A stretch of 50,378 bases of DNA, from positions 1 through 50,378 of the forward strand of contig JAYTIE010000261.1 in assembly GCA_043732015.1 (NCBI GenBank). Direction: 5' to 3'. The DNA comes from Elusimicrobiota bacterium. Lineage in GTDB: Bacteria; Elusimicrobiota; Elusimicrobia; F11. The notes beneath the pieces were generated by a model. The model searched no databases and had not been told where the DNA came from. It was given only the letters and a program-made list of their open reading frames with translations. How positions within the stretch are numbered: position 1 is the stretch's first letter; every line of letters starts with the position of its first letter. The translations under genes were made by a program, and so were the position numbers. Positions 1-12,000 of the stretch are shown here, in pieces.

Positions 1-3000
1 GCGGCCGCGGTCGGCAGCGAACGGGGCAACGCTTCCCGTCCAAGAATGGCGATCGTCGGCTCGCGGTCAAGAAGAAGGGTGGTAAGAGAGTCAACGCGCT
101 CGGCCATATCCCGGCCGCTCCGCGCCGTCTTCAGAAGTTCAAGGGCGGCCCTTCCCCGGAATCCGGATGTTTTCCGCATGATCGCCGGATCGTTCGTGAC
201 CGGCATCCTCTCTTCCAGGAGGCTGATTCTGTCAGCGGCTGGCACCTTGTCCATGGCCGCGTTAATGATCGCGATGACTACGCGGTCATCGCTGCCCAGC
301 GCTTTCTGCATTTCTGGGAGAGCCGCATCCCGGGTTGCCGTGTTCTGGTAGAGGGAGACCAGCGCCTTGGCGGCCCGAACGCGGACCGCCGCATGCGTCA
401 CGGCCAACGCCGGGTTGGCGATGTTGACCCCCGTCTGAAGGAAAGGAAGAAGAGCCGCGCCCGTCACGACTTTCGAAAGCGAGTCGAAAGCGCGGCTCGC
501 CACGCCGGTGTTCGGATCCTGCGTCGCCGCCTTGATGAGCGCGGCGCCGACGGCGGCCCGGTTAGCTTCCGGAACGACAACCAAACCCAGGGCACGGGCC
601 GCGGCGTGACGGACCTTCACGTTCACATCGTTCAGGAGAGCCAGAAGGCTTCCATCGAAGGCCTTCGACTTCTCGATCACGGAAATCTTTGCCGTCTTCA
701 CGGTGGGCAGGAAGGGCGCCAGTTCGACGAACCCATTCCAAAGGCGCCTCACGCCGGTGCCGGGAACGCTTCTCCACCATTCGCGGATCGGATCGGCGCC
801 CTTTGCTTCAAAAGAGCGAATGGGCAGGCCGTTAACGAACTGCGAGAGCGTGAAAAGGATTATGCAGACAATCAGGAACGGAACGACGGACGAAAATACC
901 GCAAAGGCGGCGCCAGCGCCTACGAATAGCCCGAAGAAGAGGCGGTTGGATGGCATCGAGATTCTCCCGGCGCGGAGGGACACGAGGAAATCATTCACAG
1001 GGCGGAAGAAAATCTCGACCACATCGGCCATGGCGCGCGCGTAGGCCCACGCGACGCTTCTGAAGACCCGCGAGACGGCGAACGCCGCGGCCAGATTTCC
1101 CCAGCTGAACAGAATCATGAGCCAGACCGGAATCGTCGTGCCGAAGGCCAGCGCGAAAAGCCACGGGCCAAACAGGAACACGATGGCGACAACGCTGACC
1201 CACGCGAGTCCGCCCCATCGCTGGAGCGGCGTCCAGAGCGGGGGCGCCGCCGTGGTAACGAACGCGCCTGCCAGGTTGTTCAACGTCCACATGAGATAGA
1301 GACCCCACGCCACGATCAGAACCGGGTGAAGCGGCATTCCCAGGAGAAGACCCGTGGTCAACACGGCGCCCAGCCGGATCTGCCACTGAACGGCGCTTCG
1401 GGAATAAAGGGTTGCGAAGGAGACCTCGCCGGTCTCCGTTCCGATCAAGTCGCCGGCCTTTGACGTCATTGCGAACGCCGCCGTTCCGAACATGCCGTCC
1501 AGGATTCCGCGCACATGCGACGGAATCGCCATGGTGAACAGTGGGCTGTTGCGGATAATCAGCCAGCTGGTCAGCAGGATTCCTTTCAGAAGTCCGTGTT
1601 TCTCGATGTTCCGGACATACGCCGTACCATTGATGGTTTCGGCCAGGAAGACACCGACAAGCGTCCAGATGACCGGCATCGGAAGACCGATGAACGCGTT
1701 CCATTTCAGAATCAGACCAATCACGACGAACGCGACGATCGCAGCCAGGACGAATGGCTTCTTGTTGTAGAAAAGCGAGTTGAACATGAGACCGATCTTC
1801 CAGTGGACCGGCACGTTGGTGTTCAGCATGAAGCGCATGTAAATGCGCCCGAGAATTTCCTGATATTCCACCTGGCCAGAGGGATATTTGAATCCGCTTG
1901 GATTCAGGTAGATGATCAGGTTGGCGGCGGTTCTCCATCCCTTCTGTTCGTACTCGTCCATCTTGGTCATGAGGCCGAAGAGGATCATGGTGAGCGCCAT
2001 GGCGATGTCTTCTGACACAAGGTCGGTCTGGAGACCTTCAAATTCCTTCAGGGCTTCCATCTCGACATAGAACTTGCCGTATCCACCCATGACATCGGTC
2101 AGTTCCTTCACACGCTGGCCCACCGTGTTCCAGACGCTTTCCGATCCTGAAGAGGCCGCCGCGGTGGGCGTAACAGCGTTGGTGTTTCCGTAGACTGCAG
2201 GCAGGAACATCGCGATGCGCGGATCAGTGAACTCTCTCATCGCGCGGGCGGAGCTCGCCGCGAACACGGGTTCGATGTTCTGCGCGGCGTCCATGCCGGA
2301 GAGGACCTGTCCAAGGAAGGACCACATGCTCCGGCCCCAGCCGCCGTACTTGCAACCTTCGTTCGCGTCGGTCTTGGACGCCTGGAAATAGGTCATGTCG
2401 CTGTTCTGCAGCGTTTCCTGCGCCTTCGAGTAGTCCCGAAGCAGCGTGAAGTTGCGCAGCACCACGTTGGTCGACCCGACCTGTGAGGTAGGCACAACGG
2501 TGGAATTGACGGTCTCGGGGACAAGCTTCACAAGCCGCCGCCAGGAAGGAAGCGCCTGGAATGCGGCGAGCTGGCCGTGAGCTTCCGCCACCGCTTTCGC
2601 GGCGTCCCGGTATTTCTCCATCACTTTCGCGCACGCCGCGAAATGCATGAGGGGATCATTCAATCCATAGACAGCGCTGGACGCGAGTTCATCGACCGCC
2701 GCCAGCTCCGCGGGCGTCGCTCCATATTCCTGGAGTTTTTCGCGAAGCTTTACCTTGATCTCTTCGATGATGTCGTCAATGCCGAAAATGGGCCGATTGT
2801 TGACCTCGTCATACCCACCGACGAAGTAGTCCTCGAAGTAGTTCGCGAATTCTTCAAAGGGCTTCCCCGCGAGGCCTGCGCTGCCCCAGCCGATGTCGCG
2901 ACGCTCTTCTCCGGCGGCAGCCAGATCCCTTTCAAGCGTTTCCCATTCCTGGGACAGGAACGTCGCCAGGTTGTCGCGAAGATCAAACGAAGCGAGATTC

Positions 3001-6000
3001 GGAAACTGCGGATTCGGCGTGCCGCCCTTCGAGAGGGGATTCATGCCTTGCCCGAACACGAGCTGGGCGGCGATGTTGTCTTCGCGCAGAATGACCTGGT
3101 ACTTGCGGAGGACTTCTTCCCAATATTCGGCGTACATCCGGAGATATTCCGTCTCCCAGGGCTCGATGGTGCCTTCACCGCGACTCGCGCGTTCGGCTTT
3201 CAAACGAAGGGCCTTGGCGGCGTCGATTTCACTGGCGTAGCGGCGGTCGCCGTTCGGCTTCGGCCCGTCCATGCGTGGAAGTCCTTCGAGCCGTTCCGCC
3301 GGCGGCTGCCCTTCGGCCTCCAGGGGCACGGCGCGATGGCCGGTGAGATACTGTTTCATCTGCTGATATTTTTCGCTGTAGACGTAATTCTCGACGTCGC
3401 TCAGCATCACGCTGCGCTTCAGGTTCAGGCTGTCCATCGTCCGGAAATTGGCGTAACCGCGGCGGTTGATCCACAATTCCGTCTCGCGGATGATCGCGAT
3501 GACTTCACGCGTGCGCCGTCCCGTTTTAACCGGCACGTTTTTCTGGATTCCCTCCAGCTCGTTGATGAGCGCGACGGCCTCCGCCGACCTGAACTTCGGA
3601 TTCCCACGGAGATTCTCGATGAAATTGGACCAGTCAACCGGCATCCGCTCGGAGTAGTAGTGCAGCTTCGTGTCCTGCCAGTCCTGACTCCCCTTGGCGT
3701 TGACGCGGTTCCAAAATTCCATGTACTGGGCGTCGCCGGCGGCAGACACCATTTCCGTCTGGGAGAACCGGGCTTCCCAGTAGTCAATGCCCGGCTTTTG
3801 CATGTACAACAGATTGATGAACTGCTTAAGCTGATCGCGCGCGTATTCGGAGCGCGGACGGATCTCAAGATTGCCGCTGATAATCCCGTCGGCCTCTTCC
3901 TGGTCGATGTAATGCCGGTCATGAAGGAACTCAGCCAGCTGAACCCACTGATCTCCGACCGTGTGACCGGTGATGGGATCAATGGTGTTCGCGTTGACCT
4001 TGATATACCGGCTCAGTCGGCCGCTCGGCCAATCCCAAAGCTTCATGAGCGGGGTCCGGGTGATCTTTCCGCTCAGGATTCCACGCATCCAGTGAAGCGG
4101 ATTGAACAGGCCAACCAGGTCTTCCAGCGTCGTTCCTCCGGTCACAGCCGAGCGCTTGCGCTTGCCTTCCGTCCATGCTTTGACGCCGATGCCGATGTTC
4201 GTGATGGCAGGAAGGGTGACGACGGCGAAAAGAGTCAACGGAATAAAGGCGGTAACGAATCCCACGGCACCTGTCTGCGAAATCGCCGCCCAGGCGGAAA
4301 TGTAGATGAAGACGCCGAATGACAGGGCCGACATGTAGGCGGCCCAGGAGAGGAAAGACCACATCCAGAACCGCATCGCTTTACCGTCGGGTTCGCCTGA
4401 AGGGCCTTTGGAAAGACGGCGGCTCATGAACAGGTCCCAGCGCCAGGCCAGCATGGCCAGGAGGGCACCCGACGCGATGGTGAGCCAGATGATCGGCGTG
4501 AGACCGAGAACCACCGGAACGAACCCGATGAATGTTCCGACGGCAAGAAACCCGGCCAGGGCGGCGATGAGGGGCGCGATAAGAACGGGGATGGCGAATA
4601 CGAGGTTGAGCGTCGCGTAGACAGGCTTCATGAGCAACGCAGGAATCTTTCTCATGCCGCTCGAGCGAGAATCGTCGAACAGGGACGTTGCGACCCACAC
4701 GGCGGGTCCTTTGAAATTCCAGAATCGAAGGAAGGCCTCGAGGCCATTGCGGCTGGCGTGAAACGGAAGAGGAAGGATGACGTGCGTCATTCCCATAATT
4801 CCGGTGCGGCCCTCGAAAGAGGCGAGAAGCGGGTCTTTCTGTCCCGTGGATTTGTTCGTTGCGGACTTCAGGACGTCCGCAATGTCCTGGAATTCCAGCT
4901 GGACGCTTTCGGTCGCGCGGTTCGGGAACCGGGTGAACAAATATTTCGCCAGCGCTTCCATCCATTCGATTTTTCCGGGCGGATCCGTTCCGATGATGGC
5001 GGAGAGCTCCGGACGCAACTTTTCCAGCGGATCCTCGACGTTCCGGAAAAGTTCGTCGAGGTCTGCGTTCAGGAAGAGATCGGCGGGCTTGATGTTGCGC
5101 CCGTCCACGTTCAGATCGAGGCCGGCGGCGCGAGAGCGCAAAAGCTTTCCGTTCGGCTGTCCGCGGTACTGGCCCTGGTCTTTCAGAAGGGCCTGCCAGA
5201 ACATGGCATGCGCCGCCACCAGCCGGCGAACCTGATCCCCCTGGCCAGCGTCCACCATCTGGGCGGCCTGCCGCATGAGAAAATTAAGAAGCCGGCTCCG
5301 GCCGCTGTATTCGCCCATCATCTCCGTCTTGCTGGTGGACATGATGAAGACTTCGCGCCAGACCCAGGTGCGCAACGAACGTTCCGTCGGCGAGCCGTCG
5401 GGATTGAGCGCGAGGAACTTCTCGACTTCCTTCCCCTTGTCGTCTTTTTCACGTATGAGCTGCGGGCGATTGATGAGGATGTTTCGTCCTTCCTTCTTTA
5501 CGAATCCTTTGTAAGTGCCCACCGAGGCGTCCTGCGCCAGGATGTTCGAGAGGTGTTCGGTGATCATTCCACGGATGCGCTCGCGCTGGGCCGCGTTGTA
5601 TTCCCGGTCTCCCGCGGCGCCGTAGACCGCGTTGAAATCGATCGCGTTGAACGCGTCGTCGATGTAGTCGGCGAAGGTCTCGCGGATGACCGCGTCCCAC
5701 AGACGGCGGACACCCCAGATATTCTCGAATGGCCGTTCGCCCATCCGGCGCATTACCCGCCGCACAACCTCAGGCGTCAGGAGCCCCTGCGACTGGAAGT
5801 CCCGAAGCACGGAACCGAAAAACCTGGCCTGCGGGTACATGTCGACGATCGACTCGACCTGAGAGATGAAGGGGTCGACGTCGTCGGCCACCAGCGTGTT
5901 TTGAAGCGTTTGGTACTGGTACTCGCTCATCGTGGCGGAATGGAACACCCGCTCGATCGGCGCTTTTTCCAGGCTTGGGACAATGCGGTGCAGCACTGCC

Positions 6001-9000
6001 GCGAAAAGACTTTTGGTCTGCGGGACGATATTCTGGAGCTTCTTGTACATCTCCCGTTGCTGGCGCTTGGCGCCCCGGAACCAGAAATTCGTGATGAAGC
6101 CGATGATCAGGATGAACGCGATCCAGGCCAGCGGGAAGGTGATGAACCAGGGAATTGTAAATCCACTCGCCAGATAGGCGGCCACGGCCGCGAAGGGCGT
6201 GGCTTCGATCCAGTCCGGAACCTTGAAGGACGGAATGCGCAGAGAGAAAATGGTCCACGCTTCAGCCAGCGGTTTACGCCCAACCCATTCGGGGACCTTT
6301 CCGTTGAAGGGCGTGTTCTTGAGGCGCGGATCTTTTCCGGTCAGGAGTTCGAGTCCCTGCCGGTTCAGCTCCTCAGGATTGACGGCGGGCGCGCCGAACT
6401 CGGCCTGAGGATCCGCGTGAATGGCCTGGCGCACCGGAAGGCCAAAGAAATTGGTGAGGGGCGAGTTGTACAGCGTTCCCGTCGTGCCCGCGTTCGGCTG
6501 GCTCGGTCCCCACGGACCCTTCAGCTGCATCACGAGATAACCGTTGTGGAAGAGATACAGCTCCCCGTCATTCAGATCCACCAGCTGCTTCGATCCCGTG
6601 GGGTTCACCGGCGCGCCGTAAACCCAGACGTATCCCTTGCTGGCTTCCGGGGTGGCCGCGAACGGAATGCTCTTGAACTGAAAGTACAGATTCCCGTTCG
6701 CGGTGCTGAAACTCGGGAATCCGTCCGTTCCGAAGTAGAGGCGCGTGTTCTGCGGCAGCGCCCAACCGGCGCCCTGGAAGTCCTGATAGTAAAGCGAGCC
6801 TGACGGAAGCATGACTTCACCGACCATTCCGTACTGGGCGGGGAGTTTTGGTTCCGTGCTGTAGACGAACCCTTTTCCTGGGATGCCCTCGAGTTCCTCC
6901 ATCGATTCCAGACGGGAAATCATGGCCAGCTTCGGCTTGGCGCCCGGAGAATCCGAGATCACAGCGACGCGGACCAGCGGCATGTCTGGCGCCAATTTTG
7001 AAATCTCGTTGTTCTCCTCCACTTTGCCCTCTCCGTGGCTGCCGACCAAGGCCACGTCGGCAGGCGAATAAAGATTGTAGGTGGTCACGGCGCCGCGCAC
7101 CGCTTTGCGCGGCAATCCGAGTGTTGAATTGCCGATGATGAAGGTGTCTTCCACCTCTCCAGCGCGCGTTACGGTTCGCATCACCTGGTATCCATCATTG
7201 GGAAATTGATCGGTGACATTGATGGAGTGCTTCACCCACTTCTCATCGATCATCACGTAGCCTTCCTGCGTCTGTCCCGTTCCGGGAACCCAGGCGACGT
7301 TGATCTCAAGCCGTCCCTTCAGATTTCCCTCGGCCGGCTGCTCGGTGGCCACACTGCGTTTCAAGGTGTCGTTCTGGGCGGTGTAGGTCGTGGAAACAGC
7401 CCCGTTCCTTCTTTCCACGATGGACGCCGTGACCATGACGTTGCGCGGAAGTTTTGCGCGAACTTCCGGATCTATGCCGGAAAGACTGGTCAGATCAACG
7501 ACGGGGTTCGGGTCGCGGACTTTCGTGTCGGTAATCCAGGTTCCGTTCGCGAACATCGTGCGCCCGGAGGCCACATCGGATCCCGGGTAGCGCGCGTGCA
7601 TCTGCGTCACCCAGTCCGCGTTCGCCACTCCGCCATAAAATGCCTGAGAGGATTCCTGGAAAAGATCTCCCCCTTCGTCAAAGATGCGCTTGATTTCCAG
7701 ATTTCTCGGCGTGCGCTTATTCTCATCCGTTGATTCGTCCCGGTACGTCGCTCCGAGGAAAATGCGATCCGCGATCGTTGTATTCTTGACGCCTTCGCTG
7801 ACGGTGTTCATCCCGTCCCGCGTTATCCGGGTTCCATCAAAACGGGCCACTTGGCCATTCGGCGTCAGGCGGAGTTCATCAAGCATCGCCGGGACGTACA
7901 CCCCGTCCCTCGTCTTTTCGGTGCTGAGTAGAAGCCTAGGCTTGAACGCTCCCTGCTCCGCGTCCCAGACATGATCGGCGTTGAAGACGACGGTCGTTCC
8001 TTCCAGGCTTGGCGACATCGATCGGAGTACCCGACCCTGTCCGTCCATCAGGACGGACAGCGTCTGACCCCGCGAGTCCGTGACGGTGGTCCGGGTCAGG
8101 TTGCCGCTGACCGCGAACATCGCGCTCGGGTCAATCACGTTGCCCCTGGAGTCCTTCAGAGGATTGGCTCCCGCATCGAGCAGGGTCTTCATGGACCCGG
8201 GCAAAAGTTCGGGCGTTGCCAGGTCCGGAATTCCGGACGGAAGCAGCTCAATGGTCGTCGTGTGCTTCTTGTCTTCTTCCCAAGCCTTCGTGTCGGGGTT
8301 CATGTCCACACGAACCTGTCCGGTCAACACGTTCTCCGCGTTGTAGGAATGCGTCGTCCGGGTGCCCGACACGCGGTCATCCGGGCGGCCGGGGCGGTGG
8401 AAATAGTCCTGGGTCGAAACCACGCGGCTTTCTTCGATGCGGGCGAGGATCGTTTTTCGTCCGTCTTTCGGATCTGCGGCATAGGTCAACACAGGCGCGA
8501 TCTCAAGCAGCTCAACCTGGCGGCGTGAACTGACCGTGCTCCGTCTCGTCAGCTCGATGTGGGTCAGGGTTTTCGCATCGGGAATCAATTTGACGTCGTC
8601 GTACTCCCAGACCTTCCGGTCCTTCGCTCCGTCGCGAACATAGATGGCCGTCGGGATCCGGACCCGCCGGCCCGTCTTCTCAAAAACCTTGTCCTGGTTC
8701 TTCACGTCGTAGGTCGTAAATTGATTCGTATTCGGATTGAAGGCGCTGACGATGTTTCCATTCTCGTCCAGGGTCTCGATCGTCCTCTCCCCCGTCGCGA
8801 CGTTCTGGACCTCCCAGGTTCCCTCTCCCGTCAGATCATTGATGGAAAGGAAACGGCGCGTTTCCGGACGCGACACCGTCTGTCCATTTAATCCGTCCAT
8901 GAATTCCGTGTACCCATCGCGGGTCATCCATTCCCCCGCAACCGGATTCCAGACGGTGCTCGTGGCGACTTCTCTCCGGAGAATGGTCGAGCGACCGGCG

Positions 9001-12000
9001 GAGATGGCCTCGACATTGCGGGATCCCTGTCCTTCAAAGGTCATGAACTCCGTCCACACCTTCTCCATCGTCTTGTCCGTCACTTCGTATTTAAAATCAC
9101 CGTTCTCGTTCTGGATGACTTCGCCGGCATCGTTGAATTGAAGAACACGCGACACCCGGCGAGCCACTTCTTTGCGGTTCGAGTCAACCACATAGACCTC
9201 GGTCTCCGTTTCGCTGGGCAGCTTGAACCGGTTGTACCGCGTGAATTTCATCGTCACGTGTTCTCGGTCCGACGTTGTTTCGGTCATGAGCAGCATGGGA
9301 CGCTCGTTGCCCTTGGGGCCGTATGAAATCACTTCCACCCGGCGAACTTCGTTGAGGATTTTTCCCTTGTTGGCCCGTCTGATGTCCGCGCCGTATTCTG
9401 CGACATAGGTGTATTCCTTCAGCTCCCTCTCTTTCCCCTGAACGGGTGGTTTGAAGGCAACGACTGGAAGAGAATACGTGCGGACTTCGAGTCCCGCGTA
9501 GGTGTCATGGCTCAACACCTCGAAGGTGTCCAGGCCGGAGGATCGGACGTCGCGAAGAACCTTCACGATTTCATTTTTGTCGAAATCCTTTTCCCCGAGC
9601 GGAAGATAATGGGTCGACACGCCGGAATCGTGGTTGTTGCTCATCACGGAATTTCCGCTGATGTCGAAGACCTTCGTGATCACGAACTTCTGCTCGCCGA
9701 GCCGTCCGTTCGGAAGCCGGTATTCGTTGACGAACTCCATTTCCGAAACCGAGTGGCCCATCTGCGTCAGGCGCCAGAGCCGCGCGTTCAGCGAATGCCA
9801 CCCGTCCGTGTACGCGCTCACGAGATAGGGGAGGGATCCGAAGGAGGTCAGCGTGTTGAGAATGACGCCGGAATCCTTGTCCGGAATCTCTTCCTCATTC
9901 CCGATTTTCTGGCTGATAAAATTGAATTTATCGTCGACGAAGGAATCGACCGGAATGGCTTTCCCGCCCACGGAGTAAATGAAGCCCTTCAGGGGATAAC
10001 CGAACCGGTCGGTATCTTTGTACCGGACCGCTGAATTCCCCTCGATCGTGATGCTCTCGCGCTTCACGAATCCGCCGGGTTGGCCTGCTTTTGAAGGAAT
10101 CTTGCGAAAGTACTCGTATCCCGATGCGGCCAGGGGACGCGCGCGTTCGGGTCTGAAAGTGAAAATGCGGAAGCCATCGGGGTCATCCGCGCGCCCAATC
10201 GCGTAAGCCGAGCGCTGCTCGCCGGGAACATTCGATTTGATCGGGAAGCGGGCCCAGAACTGATGGAATTCGTTGAACGTCCCGTCCGGTTTCGGGAGGC
10301 GGGTGGTCACCACGTAAACGGGCGCTCCCTTCACAATGCCGTTCTCGCCGCCCGGAAGACCCAGTTCGGCCACATCTTCATCCGGGATGACCTGGATGGA
10401 GAATTCCCGGATCGTTTTCCCGTCGTAGTTCGAGACGATCGCCTGAGGGAACCACGCATCGTCTTTTCTGATTTTCAGGAGTTCGCGAAGCTTTTGACCG
10501 TTCCGGGGATCCTTGACTTCGGGCCGCTCCGGATGAAGCGGGTTGCCCACCTTCACGATCGCCTCACTATCGAAAGTCGTGGTCACGCCGGCTTTTCCGT
10601 CGCGGAGATTGAAGTGATCGTTGGAGGCCATGTTCCGGCTTCCCTCGTTCTCGTCGTTCCTGACCTGCGGAGCCAAAGTGGACTCCGGCAGAACCGGAAT
10701 GTCCACCTTCGGGACTGGCGCGAACAGGACGCCCTCGGGTTGAAGTGGATTTGAATCGGCGGACAGTTCAAACCAGGAACGCGCGCCGAGAGAACCATTG
10801 CTGACGGCCGGTGTGAGAAGAAGATTGACCACGGTGTTTTCCCGCTTGCTCGCCATCGGAATGTTTCCGCTCGTGGAATCCCGGAATGCGTTCATGGTCT
10901 TCAGGAGATCGTCGGCCTCGGCCTTGTATCTCGCCGCGTCCGGCGTCTTCTTGTAGAACTCCGCCATGACGAGGCAGGCCGATCTCATCTGGGCCGTCGC
11001 CTCGAATGAGATCATCTCCTTCCGGTTCGCATTCAGGCGCCCTTCCGTGTCGGTGAAATCAAATCCGTTGTAGCGGACTCCATTCTTCTCGATCGTCACC
11101 GCATAACGCGCGCGAATCGTTTCGAAAACAACCCGCGGATCGCGGCCTATTCCGGCGATGCCGTCCGGCCCGAGGGCCAGGAAATAGATGGTGGAAGAAT
11201 CGAAATAGGCCGTACCGTCGGCGATGAACTGTTTCTTTTCGTTCAAGGAGGCGCCGCTGTAGGGAACACCCTTCGCGTCCGTCAGCACATTTCTCAACAG
11301 ACCCTGAACGCCGCCGAACTCGGTTCGCCAGAAAGGCATGTCGCGGTCTCCGGGCACCGCGCTCATGAGATTGTTGAGGAGCGAATAATAGAGGGAATTG
11401 TCGCGGGTCGAGTAAATGTTCGGCCACGGATGTTCGCCGGCCTTCGGTCCCATCACGACGCCGACGCTGTCACCGTTCATGCCTGAAACCCATTTAACGA
11501 CCGATTTGGCGAGCAGGAGCGCGTCCGGGTCCTTCGTTGCGTGGTAGCGCTGCATCGCCAGGATGCCAACCCACAGGTTGCTGCCCGTGTCCGTCAGAGG
11601 CCCCGTCTCGGGGGCGCCGGGGTACAGGGTCAAATCCGTTTCCATTTCGGGACCGACCGGAACAGTAACGCCCACCTCATTCGCCCGGCCCGGAAGATGA
11701 GTGCGGTACATGTGGGCGAAACCCCGGAAGCCTTCGGGCGTGCGGGCCTGCCGCGCGTACTCCTTAAAGAAGAAAGTGAAAATCTTGTTCCCGGACGCGG
11801 TGTCTTTTGAACGGAGATCCGAAAGTGCCGCCGCGACCTGATCAGAAGTGCTGAACGTCCCCGAGCGCAGACGGCCGTCTCCGCCAATTTCTTCCTTGGT
11901 CAGGCTCGAGCTCAGCCCCGTACCCAGGTCACGCGGGCGGGCCTGCACGGTCGCCTTCGTAGCGGGAAGGGCCTTGCCGTCGGCGTCATTCAGCGCGAGA

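Noticed and set aside
991-1938. Minus-strand out-of-frame ORFs such as 991..1938 (315 aa), 39976..40509 and 41389..42264
   Set aside because: They overlap the giant ORFs in alternative frames (coordinate classes 0 or 1 mod 3) and encode Arg/Pro/Gly/His-rich strings typical of off-frame translation of GC-rich genes.
2577-6803. Plus-strand ORFs 2577..4322 (581 aa) and 4758..6803 (681 aa), the most gene-like entries in the left half of the track
   Set aside because: They are antisense to the open gene B frame, which in this interval encodes coherent TM bundles and GT48-like motifs. The plus-strand products are R/G/E/D/H-rich with no hydrophobic core pattern. They are shadow ORFs.
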